From the human T2T-CHM13v2.0 reference genome, Homo sapiens: 64,000 nucleotides of DNA. The stretch lies in assembly GCF_009914755.1 (NCBI RefSeq), contig NC_060932.1; one strand, 5' to 3'. A program made the translations under genes and the position numbers. The notes under the pieces are model-generated. The model was given only the letters and a program-made list of their open reading frames with translations, searched no databases and was not told the origin of the DNA. Shown one piece after another: positions 11,400 to 25,646 of the stretch. The stretch's first letter is position 1; each line of letters begins with the position of its first letter.

Positions 11400-13195
11400 C
11401 AAGGGGGATGATTTCTGTCTCAAAGTACTCCTCTCCATCACCTCTGCTTTCATTCTGAACAGCTGCAATGCCTATGCTGGTAATTTCTTGACTTCGACAA
11501 TTAGTGATTGACACTCCAACTCCCCACTCAAACTCGCTGTCATGGCCTCATGCTGATAGACTCTGTCTCTGCAATCTAAAACTCTAATGCTCCATTCTCC
11601 ATCCACAGTTTTCTTTCCTTCACTTCACTCAAGCCTTCAATTTTCTTAGTTTCATCACATGTTTCTGTACAGCGGTCACCTTAGCTCTAAGGAAAGTCTG
11701 GCAGAGATCCCCTTGACCTCCTCCCTAATTGTCGAATCCTCCTCTTTCTTCTTCCTGTTTGATCTCTCATTTGAACCTGTAGATCATACCTTCTGTCATG
11801 AAATTGTCTTCTCCTTTGCCGTTTATATTGTAGCCTACACATTTTTGAATCCTCTTCCTTCCTGTTACATGTCTTGGATATCTCCTCTTCTCACTGTATA
11901 AAGGAATGCTTTCTGAGTCATATTTTGGCCATTCTTGCTTCCTAATCTATATATTCCCTATGAAATCTCACTTATTCTCATGACTGTAGCTTTCTTTTGA
12001 AACACCTTTCTCTGGACTCTAGTCCAACATAGCCAACTGTCTGTCACATGAACCTGAAATGTCTACATTAGAAACATGCTAAATTTTTTGAACTTCAAAA
12101 TGACTTCTCTTCCAGCATGTTTTCCTGATCAAAGTTCTCAATATCAGCTCAGTCATTCAAGTCTAGAAACAGCATTTTTCTTGTTTCTCACCTCATCCCT
12201 TCCAACCAAAGAATTAGTCATTAAGTTGTGACAATTTTAGTTCTTACAGTGTTCTCAAATTCTTCCTCTCCCCTTCCTCTGCACAGCTGCCACTGTAGCT
12301 GCAGCCCTGACCATCTTTTTTCCCAAATATTGCAACACATTTCTAACTGGGTTTGCAGCTATGCTTTCTACTGGCACAGATCAATTTCCAAAGCATAGAT
12401 TCATTTATGAATTTTCTCTAATTGAAGCCCTTTGGTGCCCCTCCACCCATCACTAGAAAGTCAAACTTCAGAACATATATGTAAGGATAGTTTGTGATCT
12501 TTTATGATGTAATCTCTGCCCACTTAGCTAACTTCATTCTTCTCCACTGCACTAAACATGGTAGTGATACCAAACCATCTGTTGTTACCAAAACATGGCA
12601 CAGGGCTTTACATCCACACACACCGTTGCATATGCAGCTCTTTTTCTAAAATATTCTTCCTCCTTTGTCATACCATCAAAACCCTATTTGTCTTTCAAGA
12701 CTCAATTCAATGATAGCCTCTCTAATCAGCTTACCTCTTGAGCACCATCTGGCACTATTGTCCCTCTTTTAATCTGACTCCACCCGTGGTGAAATTTCTA
12801 TATTTCCCCAAATGTGTCGTGTTCTCTTTCGTGCCTTTCACTGTTCCCTTTGCTCTCACTATCCTTTCTCACCTGGTTAAACTTCTACTCAAGCTTTAAT
12901 CTCAGAGAAGATTGTTTCCTTTGAAAGGTCTTTCTTCCTCCCGCTTGCAGTATAAGTTGAATCCTCTAATTTTATGGTTCCATTATGGCCTATATCTCCC
13001 TTTTGGTAAAACAAAACAAGACAAAACAAAAAAAACAAAAAAACACTTACAGTCCCCTCCCCTTTAATACTTGAGTTTCATAAAAATTGTTATATCCTTA
13101 GGAAAGGGGCCTTGTCTTTGTGTTAGTGCTTTATCTTAGGAATTTAGCACATTGCTTGGCACATACTAGATGCTCAATAAATATTTGCTGAGTGT
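11400..13195 (+). mobile_element. Degraded L2 fragments ending in an L2 3' terminus
   Basis: Pyrimidine-rich L2-like body. Terminus ttagcacattgcttggcacatactagatgctcaataaatatttgctgag at about 13145-13192. Confidence 0.6.
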
Positions 13196-14262
13196 TGGTG
13201 GAATTAAGCTTACCGATGATGCCTGCAGAGAAATGACCATGCTGTCTTTTGAACCACCCTCCCCAACTGTATTTTCATACAGCTATGTACGTAGCATACA
13301 CGCCATGTCTGAATTCCTTTTAATAACTGCAGATCATGGCACTCCTATGCTGCAGATCATGGAACTAAAAAGCTCTGAAAGACTGAGTTGGACTTCGAAT
13401 TGCAATTTAAAAAAATCTACCTTAGTCATCAGTTTGCAGTCATCAGATTGCTTAGGCAGCGATCAGAGGCAGGAAAATTGACCAAGAAACATGGCCAGGC
13501 AGGCTGCTGCACTTTCTCCAGACCTGGGGCAGAGCTGCTGGTGCCCTCACAGGGTGTTTGTAAGAGTTCTTAAAGGGCTAAGCAGGCTCGGACACACTGC
13601 AGTTTTGCTTTTGAGGTGGCGGTAGTGGTGGTTATGGTTGATCTGTCCTTACCTGTCGACTTCCTCTTCTTGACTTTCAACCCCTGTGAACAAAGGGCTT
13701 TATTTTAACCAGTTTCGCATCTTAAGCCCTCACTACACTGTGCCCTTCTTTGTGGAAGAAATATATGTGTAGTTATTCTCCTCATCTAAAAGCTGATTGT
13801 TTGCAGCTTTATTTACAAATAAAAGCTTACTCTTCATGCCTTGATTAAAAAGATTTGTGTTAGAATGTGCTGAACTTGACATACTGTTTTAAAATGCAAG
13901 TTTTATGAAATTCAATCTATGAAATCCAAACACAACCGCAGCCTATTAGTGGCTTGTAATCAAAGAACAACTTGCTAGTTAAAGGAACCATTAGCTTTGA
14001 AAATTGAAGCATAAACAGATGAATTTGCTGTGTGTGTTTTCTTGCTCTATTAGCCAAGGAGTTAGCCAGAAAAGTATACACTAGGCTGAATGAATGCATA
14101 GAACCCCAAATGGAAGAAACTCCAAATGGAAATAACTCCTATGGCCAGTGGTGCATTGTCATAGCTGAAGGGTACATGGTGTAACTAACTGCTATGACTG
14201 ATGGAAGTAGGATACTGATATAAATTCACTCCTCTTCTGTGTCATCTACTCGATTTCCCTTG

Positions 14263-15041
14263 AGAGGCATACCAAGGAAGTGGGAGGCAATGATAGTGTT
14301 CTTCAACTGGGTAGAGGCAATAATGATGTGTGTCGTCTGCAGAGAATTTAAAAACAATAATATTCACTAAAAGTTGGTTAACTTTTTGTCATGACTGTGC
14401 ATTGGCAGTTCTAACCAATGTCAGGGATAAAACACCCTTCCTTTCAATAATTCTTTTGTTGATCTATATTCTAAATAATTATTGCAGTTACTGTTGAGTT
14501 TTAATCATATATGTGAGCTTCAAATTAGCACATTTTTATAACATATCTTTTAACAAACATTTTAATCTATATAGAACTTAATTTGTGGAACTCCTAGTAC
14601 ACAGTCGGCCTCTGACACATGAGGACTGAGTACACCTGTTTATTTCCAGAGTGAATATTTAACAGTTACAAACTATCAAACGTGCTCTGGAACACAGTCA
14701 GTGGGAGAGCATAATTTTGTGTTTGAACAGTGGATAAGAAATAATAATAGCACAGTGATTGTAAAGATAAACGTAACTTGAGCCATGTCAGTTCTGTCTT
14801 TCTATATTATCCTTTGGAATATTTTGTGGTTATAATTTAAAATAGTAAAACAGAAGGAGAACTGGGGGATTCAATAATTCTTTTTTGGTAAGTCCAAATT
14901 TTTGTTAATACGTAAGGTATATTTATTTTATTTCATTATAATTGCCAAAATAACTTTGTTGTATAAAGGAGAAGGAGAAGGATGTTAAAACATAATCTGC
15001 TTCAGGTCTCAGATAGGTCAAATATACTAGGTTTTCCACTG
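14263..15041. mobile_element. hAT-Tip100-type DNA transposon fossil (Arthur1/Zaphod-like)
   Basis: ctgcagagaatttaaaaacaataat...gttactgttgagttttaat...gcttcaaattagcacatttttat. Ends in ctaggttttccactg. Subfamily is uncertain. Confidence 0.5.
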
Positions 15042-15499
15042 TTTCCTCACTCCTGCCTTTCTCCTCTCTTCCTGGCATTGTGAGAGGTCCTAAATACACA
15101 TGATCACATCTTCCCTTGGGTCTCTCATCCTTCAAGGAGGAGCAGAGTCTGGCTCAACAACTCTGCCACCAGGTATCCCAGGCTATTTGCATTCTGACTC
15201 CCTATTTTCACTCTAAGGTTATTGTGTCCCTTTCTCAACTTGACACCTCTGCTGCATATATTTGGGCTGATCCCTTCTGTATTTTTCAGATGTGCCACAT
15301 TAGTGCTTCCCTATCTTCTTGGTCATACTCTCTGTCTGCAATGTCCCCTCACCTCCTCACCCTCTTACTCAAATCATTCACAAATCCACCATGACACCCT
15401 TTCTGAATGCTTCATTTCCTAAATCTCTCTCCCTGTTGGAACCTCCCATAGTGTTTGCTGTCTGCACTGCTTTTGTTTTTATTGACTGCTAGTTTTCCT

Positions 15500-17800
15500 T
15501 TTTAATTTAATTGTGGTGAAATAGACACCACAACACTTACTCTCACCCATTTTTAAGTGTACAGTTCAGTGGCTTAATGCCACTTCATCCACATTGTTTT
15601 GCAACCATCACTCTGATTCTCCAGAGCTGTTTTCATCTTGCAAAACTGAAACTTTGTACCCATTAAACAAAAATTACCCATTTCCTCCTCCTGCCAGCCC
15701 CTGGCAACTACCATTCTATTTTCTGCCTCTATGAATTTGGCTGCTCTGTATGAGATACCTCATATAAGTGGAATGATACAGTATTTGTATAAGTGGAATG
15801 ATACAGTATTTGTCTTTTTGTGACTTGCTTATTTCACTTAGCATAATGTCCTCAAGTTATATCCACATTGTAGCCTGTGAGAGGATGTCTTTCTTTTTTA
15901 AGGCTGAATAATAGTCTGTTATATATATCACCTTTTGTTTATTCATTCATCCATTCATGGACATTTGAGTTAGTTCTACTTATTGGCTATTGTGATTAGT
16001 ATTGCTGTAAACATGGGTGTGGAAATATCTCTTGAAGATCCTATTTTTATTTTGGGGGGTATATACCCAGTAGCGGGGTTTATGGATCATATGGCAATTC
16101 TACTTCTAATCTTTTGAGGAACTGCCATACTGCTTTCTATAATGTTTGTACCATTTTACTTTTCCACCAACAGTGCACAAGGGTTCCAACTTCTCCCTAT
16201 TTTTATCACAATTTATTTTTTTGTTTACTTATTTGTTGGTTTTTAATAGTAGCCATCCTAATGGGTGTGAGGTGGTATCTCATTGTGGTTTTGATGCATT
16301 TCTGAAATGATAGTGACATCGAGCATCTTCTTGTGTGCTTCTGTTTGTACATGTCTTTGAAGAAATGTCTATTCAAGTCCTTTGACCATTTTTAAATGAA
16401 GTTATTTGTTTTTTGTTGCTGTTGTTGAGTTGTAGAAGTTATTTATATATTATGAGTGTTAACCTCTTATTAGATACATGATTTGCAAATATTTTCTATC
16501 GTTCCATGGGTTAGCTTTTAACTCTGTTGGTGGTATGCTTCGATGCATAGAGGTTTTAATTATCGTGTAGCCCAATTTATTTTTTCTCTTGTTTTCTGTG
16601 CTTTTGACGTCATGTTCAAGACATTTTTGCCAAATCCAATGTCATGAAGCTCTTCCTCTGTGTTTTATTCTAAGAGATTTTGTAAGTTTAGCTGCTTTGT
16701 CCATTGCGAGTTAGTTTTTGTTTACGGTGTTTGAGAATGGTTCAACCTCATTCTTTTGCATGTGGATATCCACTTTTCCAAACACCTTTTGTTGGAAAAA
16801 AAAAAAAACTGCTCCTTCCCCATTCAGCGGTCTTGGCACCCTTGTCAAAAATCATTTGGCCGTATATGCAAGGGTTTATTTCTGGGCTTTCTATTCTATT
16901 CTATTACAAATGGGGAACAAAGGGGGAAACCAACATTTATGGAGGTCAAGTATGTTGCCCAAGTGTACATAATTAGTAAATCACCAAACAAACTGACATT
17001 CAAACTCCGTTTTATCTCACTTAAAAGCTACATACAAATGTTTATGTCAGAACCACACTGTTTTGATTGCTGTAGCTTTGGGGCAAATTTTGAAATCAAG
17101 AAGTATAATACTTCCAACTTTGTTTTCAAGACTTTTTTGAACTTTGAGGTATTTTGAAATTCTATATGAATTTTAGAAGAAAGTTTTCTGTTTCTGTAGA
17201 AGCATTGTTGGGAATTATATAGAGAATGCATTGAATCTGTAGATCACATTGAGTAGTACTGACATCTTCACATTAATTACTGCAGTCCATGAACATGGGC
17301 TGTCTTTCCACTTATTGGTGTCTCTTTTAACTTTTTTTGAGTAATGTTTTGTAGTTTTCAGAGTTCAGGTCTTTCATTTCCTGGTAAAGTTTATTCCTAT
17401 GTATTCTTTTTCATGTTATTGTAAATTAAATTGTTTTCTTAATATCCTTTTTGGATTGCACACTATTAGTTGTGTAGAAATGCAATTGATTTTTGTATAT
17501 TGATTTTTTTATCCCACAGTTTGCTGAATTTATTAGTTCTAGTAGTTTTTTTGTGTGTGAAATATTTAGGGTTTTCTGCATAGAAGATTATGACACCTGT
17601 GGAAAAAAAGATTTTGTATTTTCTTTCCAATTCAGATGTCTTTGATTTGATTTTTATTACTTATTTATTTTTTGCCTAATTACTCTGGCTAGGATTTCCA
17701 GCACTATGTTGAACAGAGGTAGCAAAAGAGGACATTGTCTTGTCCCTGATCTTAGAGGAAAAGCTTTCAGTCTTTGGCCATTGAGTAGGTTGTTAACTTC
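15500..17800 (-). mobile_element. L1MB-type LINE-1, 5'-truncated, carrying a foreign insertion at 16906-17027
   Basis: 3' end ttgtggtgaaata...aagtgtacagttcagtggc...cagcccctggcaactaccattcta. ORF2 remnant ...KLQQSKQCG (ORF 17028-17231). Ends near gatcttagaggaaaagctttcag. Confidence 0.9.
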
Positions 17801-17899
17801 AGGGCCAGCTGTTTATTAATGGCAAGATCCTCTAAGGCTCTTTTCTGTGACTCCCATTTATCGAGCCTATTCTAACAGCTCTGTTGCAGGTAGGCCGTT

Positions 17900-18090
17900 T
17901 GCATCTGTTGTTCATTTAGATTTCTCAAAAGCTCTATGAAGGAGGTATTACTTAACTACTTAACACATGGGGAAACCAACATTTATGGAGGTCAAGTGTG
18001 TTGCCCAAGTGTACATAATTAGTAAATGACCAAACCGAGATTCAAACTCTATTTTATCTCACTTAAAAGAGCACATTCTTTTTGTTCTAG
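17900..18090 (-). mobile_element. MIR SINE (source of the segment duplicated at 16923-17027)
   Basis: acatggggaaacc...ggaggtcaagtgtgttgcccaagtgtacataattagtaaatg...gagattcaaact. Confidence 0.75.
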
Positions 18091-19529
18091 CAAGTTTATC
18101 CTTGACAGGAGGAACCAGGTCTCTCTGAACTGACATTTTATTTTCCTTTCTACACTATCAAGCATAGTTGGGCCCACTGAAATGTTCAACAGCTTGTTGA
18201 TGTGTCCATTGTCCACATATAAATCCATTTCTAAATGCCATAAGAGCTGTTCTCCTCTCTGTTGAAAAGTGAAGCTGGAATTTTCAGGCAGTTAATACAC
18301 AGTCACCTTGCCAAACATAATGCTTGATGTGGGCTACAGGCCTTCTCTTTGGGCCCCTAAGCGTGGCTTTCTAAATTATTCATCCTCCAGCTTGCATGCT
18401 CCATGCTCTGTCTCCAGCAATTACAGCCACTTATGTTTGGGTTCCTACTACCTGATTCATAGCAGCAGCAGTGACTTTGCTGCTTTCTTCTCCTTGTTTG
18501 TGTCTTGGGTCACCCTAACAGCAGAGGCACATTGCCCTAGAGAAACAAGGGAACCTACTGAAAACCCATTTCGCTCCAAGGACTACTTTTCTTCTTGGCC
18601 AGAGTGAAAAAAAGCAATCTGTGGGAGCCAAATTGATTATTTTGTCAAAAGAAAAGGCTAAAAATAACTGCTCAGGCTAGATCCCCATTCCCAGAGCAAA
18701 CATCTTAAAAGTGCCAATAGCCTTGGTCCATAGATGGACTAGGAATAGAGACAATCCTGCCCTTGGCATACCCCCTACCTTGGGTTCTGAACTTTGCAGA
18801 TGGGCAGAGTAAGGTTACAGAGAAATAAACTCTCTCTCATTAGGATAACTCCACATGCCCCTATTTTCTGAGACATTTTAATTGCAAACAATTAGGCTTG
18901 TGTGTCATAACACTAAATGATTATTGTGTGTTGGACCATTTGTTTGATTTTTGTTTCAGAAAAGATGGTCACCATAATAGGAAAAATAAATCAAGGAGTC
19001 AAAAATACTTTCACACTACAACTCTTATTACAGTCCTTTGTGGGGATGTATGTGTATGTGCCTGCAAAGTCATTATGTATTTGTGTGTTTGTGTGTTTGT
19101 AACATCTCCAGATGCTGATTAAAATTTAAATCCATGGGAAGCAATAACTTTTGGTGTCCATCATCTTTCCCTACATGTGCACACACACTTTGGGTTGGCT
19201 ATTTTGGGCCAGCTCACCTAGAGGATCAAGAATGAGAGTATGACCTATAAACAGGGCTTCTCATGAAACTCCCTGCCTGGGTGTGTAATGGAGATAGGCA
19301 GGAAGATGGACATATTTCACTCTCCATCTGGGAAAAGCTAGATTCCTTCTGAGGTCCCAGAGAGCTGGTTTCAGCCAGGGAGCGTTGACATTGGCCCTTT
19401 GACATCTGAACTTCTTGCTCTGACTCATTGCCTTTTCTTCTCTGTCTGTGGAGTGAGCTGGGCTCTCAGGGAACCTGAGGTTGGGAAGTATGAGACCATG
19501 GCAATGAGGAGCCAGAAGGAAGGTGTTAG

Positions 19530-19900
19530 GCTGTGTGGGGGTAGAGGAAAGAGCCTGGAGTTTGGAGTCAGGCAGTCCTGCCTTAGCCACTTAATATTTG
19601 TGTGGCCTTGGCAAGATGCTTAGCTTTCTGATACTCAGAATCTTCCTTTGCAAAATGAACGTAGTTCTTCTCAAGGTGCTTGTGACAATCAGGAAGAACC
19701 TACATAAAGTGGTTGGCACATTGTAAGAGCTCAAGAAATGGAAGTTATTACTATTACTAGGATTGGTCTAGTCAACAGTCTTGTGTAGATGAGAATATGG
19801 GAGCCCAGAGAGGTGACATAAGTTGTGCAATGTCATGCAGTCAGTTGATAAGAGAGTCAGGACTGGAGCCTAGTGATTCTCTGTCTAAATCACTTTGCCT
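19530..19900. mobile_element. Two MIRs (+ at about 19530-19760, - at about 19775-19900)
   Basis: agagcctggagtttggagtcaggcag...gtggccttggcaag and cagagaggtgacataagttgtgcaatgtcatgcag. Confidence 0.7.
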
Positions 19901-21027
19901 CCTAAGATTTGCAGCTGTGGGAGGTATTAGAACTAAAACATACTCTCTGTCACTCTTGAGGACTCTATAATCGAAAGAAAGACGGATACATGAAAAAACC
20001 CCACAAGGGTACTTAAATAAAAAATGGAGAAATGAATGCGGGCATGTGTGTTAGCTCAAATACAGAGTGGGAGAAAGTCTCTGCAGTTAGACCACTGAAG
20101 AACAGCACAGCATGTATTTGGCTTCCAACTGTAGGTAAGAGAAGTGGAGTAATTTTCTCTTCTAATTTTCTTGGAATTTATAAATCCTGTAATTGTAGAA
20201 GTCATTTTGACTCACCCTATATTTGTACATGTTCACTTTTTTTTTTTTTTTAAATAAACTGATGTATTCTCCCAGTGGCTTCTCAAGATAGGCACTATAG
20301 AATGTAACCTGGATTCTCTGGAAACACACTATTTGTCTTTACCACAAGGAGAAACTGACCCTCCTTGTCCTCTAAGTGACTTGGAGTTCCCCACAGAGGG
20401 TAAGGAAGTGGACATACATGGCAAACACCTCTTCTGCTCCCCATCCTAGTCGCCATAGCACAATGCCTGGCACATTGTAGGTGCTTCATCAACACTGGCT
20501 CATGAGATTACATGTGGGTCAGACTCCCCTGCCCTCCTACTCAAAGGGGCTCTCCTCCCTGTAGAATGGAGACCAGTCCAGGAAATGTTTCCTCGACACG
20601 TGGTTTAGATAAGACATGAAAAGCTCTCGCCAGGGGATGGCCATATTGAAAATTATTTCTTTCCAGCCTTATTGGTGTTATCAGGTCTGCTGGAACCTCC
20701 CTTGAATTTTTCCAACCCTCCTCCCAGCCTCATCAGCCAATGTGATTCTATAGGACCTGGAAGATGTCCAGCCTTCCTCATGGATCTCCTCAGGCCATCC
20801 AGGCACTGTCAAGTCTCCTTTTCCTGAAAACTTTGTATCTCTAGCATACAACTATGTGACACCTTTTGTAGCGAGCTTATCCTCATCCATGCGTGTTTTC
20901 TCCATGACTAAGCCTATTGATACCTTGAGAGGAGGGACTTCCATCTTCTGGATACCTCACAGACCCTCACTTGGGTGCAGGTGGCCTATAATAGGTGCTT
21001 AACAAGCTTTTGTTTAAGGGGTCCTCT

Positions 21028-21626
<599 letters not shown>

Positions 21627-21819
21627 AAGAGCCCTCTAGTTCTTGGACGGTATGGCTACTAACATCTTAAACTAATCATGTTGTGAGTAACCTTATTTCT
21701 ATTATTTTCTTTCAAGGAAGCTTAGAGTCAAATGAAGGGTCCATTTCTAGCAACTGCACGTGACTATACTATCTTCACTGTACACAGCAGCACATCTGCT
21801 TCTTTCCAATCCTCTATAC

Positions 21820-22190
<371 letters not shown>

Positions 22191-24264
22191 TGAATGCATA
22201 TGAAATATAATGTAACCTACTTGAAGGTATCCATGGTTAAAAATGACCTCCCCATATTAAGCTGGTCATTTTGCACTAAAATAAGAAAAAATGAGACCAT
22301 AATACAAAGTACTATATCTCCAACAGTGGCAATTCAAGTAACAGGATGATTGAATTGGGCCTCTTGGTATCTTCCTGGTTTTTGCAAGTGTAAATGGCTT
22401 TTGCACCTGGAGCTGGGGTTGCTGATGCTTAGAGCACAAAAAAAAGTCACAACTGAGGTTAGGTTTTTCTTTCTTTGCCTTCATCCTATGCAATAGCCTT
22501 TCACCCCCTTGGGAGCTGTCCCTGGCTGACAGTTCAAGGCCATCCACAAAGCTGCACACAACTGTTTTACTTGACACCACACAGTGGAGAAAGAAGAACT
22601 TTTTAGTGATGGACAAGAATCACAAAATTTGGTTTTTCTAATTCTCTACCAGTCCCAGGAATCCAGACGGAAGCCTCAAGGAGACATTTGAACAAAGAGA
22701 AAATAAATACAAGAGGGGCAATGGTTTCATGACAACAGAATCCCAAAATGTCAGAAAAGAAATCCTCATCCTACAGTTGAGTAAAACAGAGGCTTGGAGT
22801 GGGGAGATGACTAACCCTACATCACGTGGTGAATGGTTACCAGAACCAAGGCTGATAATCACCTGTCATGAAGACACTGAGGAGCATCCTCTGGGTCTAC
22901 AGCATCTCCTGCTATAGGATTCAAATTCTGAGCAGAATCTTCTAGTTCTATTCCTTCATTGCCTCTAGGCTGTGCCCTTGCTGTTTATTTAAGGCTCAAA
23001 CCCAATTCTCTACTACTCTATTGAGTATTGGAAATTTGCATTTTAACAAGCACTCTAGGCGATGGCTGGGAACATTTAAGCCTCAGAACCTCAGGTGCAA
23101 GGGGACATGCCAGCGGAAGCCAGCCACAGGCTCTCCATCTCCCTCCAGGTAGGCCCAGAACACTGAGTAACAGGCCAACTGACCTTGCACCAGCAGGCCT
23201 GACATGATGCACCACCTGGGGAAGAACTGTCAGGATAGGGGCATCTCCAGCAGTGTTTGCAAACAAAACCCACTATATGACCATATGTGTTGAGAAATAC
23301 TAGATTCTGTTCTTAGTGTTTGATCAAAAAGCCCAGTTTTGCTGTGATTCTAACACAAAGCCCAAAATGCTGTTGCTCTGTCCACCACCTCCAGCCTCTT
23401 CTCCCCTTCCCCACAAACCCAAGACTCCTGCCCAACCTCAGGATTCCCTTTTATACACTTTTTACCTTATTTGGCTTTGAGCCCTTGTTTAGCCTCCTCT
23501 TCCCACTCAGAAGGCTGGGGGATTTAACTTTTTTTCTGCAAGGGCAATACAAAAATAGTGATGACAATGATCACAAGGTGGCCTTGCTCAGACACTGGCT
23601 TTGACAAAGTCTTGCAGGTGAATTTCAGCATCTACCAGGACACACCTGTTTTCACTTGCCCAGTTTGCTTTAGATTATGAAAGCAATTTCTTTTCTTTTC
23701 TTAAAATTGGTTGCCCCTCTCCCTGAGGTGGATGGCCATTTCTAAGGTTGGGCCTTACGCTGGTGCATGGATGCCTGGTTCACAGTTCAGTCAGGCCACT
23801 CGTGTGTAGAACTCACACTGGCCTACGTATGCTTGGTCTGTCAGAGGCAGCTTACAAAGGAAAGAAGGTCTAACCTGAGAGTCATGGAGAGAAAAGTGAA
23901 GAGTAGAAGAAAGGAGAAACCTCCATTTCTCTGCTGAGGCTAATTAAATGATTTGGGAGAGATGGCTGCACAGTGAGTATGAGAACCAGAGACCTCCAGT
24001 TTCCCTGGGCTATATTGCCCAGTGAAGGATGGATGGATTTGTTAAGTGTTGTGATTCAGCGAGGAGACCAGCTAAGTGTTGGTAGCAGGGGAGGGATTAC
24101 CCAGTAATGGCACTGGAGCCGCTTTGTTCTCAGGCATAGATGTAATTATCTCTCTAATAGGGACCTTGATAAGCCGATCAAGATAAGTAAATATCATGTG
24201 AGGTCTGTTTATCAGGTGGGCTGAAGGACTTCACTGCATACAAAGGAAGAGGTATACAGGAAGA

Positions 24265-24515
24265 TATTTATGCATGTGCACATGTGCATGCGTCTATATA
24301 CATAAACCTCATTCACATCCACTGGCACAAGAACACATAAAGTTACACTCAGTCACACAAAGATATATATATATATGTAAAGACATAGACATACAACTAT
24401 ATGCATATGTGTATGTGCCAACATGCCATCTTACACACATGGATGCATGCTAACACGTGTACATTCCAATTAGTCCTACACACAGGTGTAAATAGGCACA
24501 TTAGCTCACACATGC
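24265..24515. repeat. Degenerate purine-pyrimidine alternating (CA/TG/TA) low-complexity tract
   Basis: atgcatgtgcacatgtgcatgc...atatatatatatg...atatgcatatgtgtatgtg. Confidence 0.7.
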
Positions 24516-25539
24516 AAATCAGAATAAAATGGAATAAAATCAGAATGTGTCCATGGCATGGTGGCCACTTGACTTATTGGAGACCACACTGAGCCAAGGA
24601 TGAGGTTTTAAGTGTCATGTGGGCAGTGGCCAAGTATCCTGGTTCTCACGGAACCCAAGAGCTGGTTGTGTAGTGGCTGCACAATACAGTCTTCTGGGTT
24701 GATGGACTCCATGGCTTACCTGTCATGGTTTGATTATGACAGCGATGGAAAAATTGTGTTCTCTCCCATCCTTTAGTGTGAACAGCTAGAGTTTCTTGGA
24801 GCTCCTCCTTGGTTGAGATTACAATGTGCTTTTGCAGCCTCTCCCTTATCCTCTGAAACGCTACTCCCAGAATCCTACCTTACAGTCCAGTATAACATTT
24901 TATTTCCATTCTTGCTTCAAAAGAAAATGAAAGATCCATGCTAGTCGGTGTGGTCTGGGCTTATTTGGAAAAGGAGTTTACATCCCTGGCATAGAGAGAG
25001 ACCAAATGCCCCATCTGTGGGCTTCATGGCCTTGGGGGTGATGCCCATGGCTCTCTACAGCCCACCTGGCATCTCCATTAGGCCTTCCCAAAGAAGGTCC
25101 CAGTCCCCATCACAGCGATAAGGAAACCTGAGGTGGTGTCCCTATGGGCCAGGCAATGACTGTTGATGTGGCGGTGGTTTACTAACAAGTACACATCATT
25201 ATTAAACATTATCATTCAAAAGAGTGCACATTCTGTGTTTGCTTGGTCCACGAGAAACAAAGTAAAATCACACACATACTCTGCGTTGCTGGAGGAAGGG
25301 AATGCCTGCACCCTGTGTCACAGGAGTTAGCATCTCCGCTGAAGCAGCAAAGCCCGGGGAGCCACGTGAAGGAGTCTCAAAAGAGTTCACTTTCCCTGTG
25401 TAGTTCTAGAGCGTAATGAACTCCTGTCTTCATTTCCTGTGCACTTGTTATTGATTCTGGCATATACTACTCAGTGCTCTAGGAGGAAGAAAAATGAATT
25501 GGGATGCTAATTTTGAACTTTTAATTTTATCCTTTTCCT

Positions 25540-25646
25540 TTTTCTCCTCCATGAACTTTCTCTGTTCCTCTCCCTTATTTGTCTCTCTTCTCCCCTCCCC
25601 TCCCCTCCCGTCCTCTCTCCTCTCTCCTCCTCTCTCTTCTCCTCCT
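25540..25646. repeat. Polypyrimidine (CT-rich) tract
   Basis: tctctcttctcccctcccctcccctcccgtcctctctcctctctcctcctctctcttctcctcc. Confidence 0.85.

Noticed and set aside
16704-17231. Cluster of 67-133-aa ORFs
   Set aside because: Frames through a decayed L1MB and the inserted MIR copy.
25540-25646. H-DNA-forming mirror repeat
   Set aside because: The pyrimidine tract is real, but mirror symmetry is short and imperfect, and such tracts are common.
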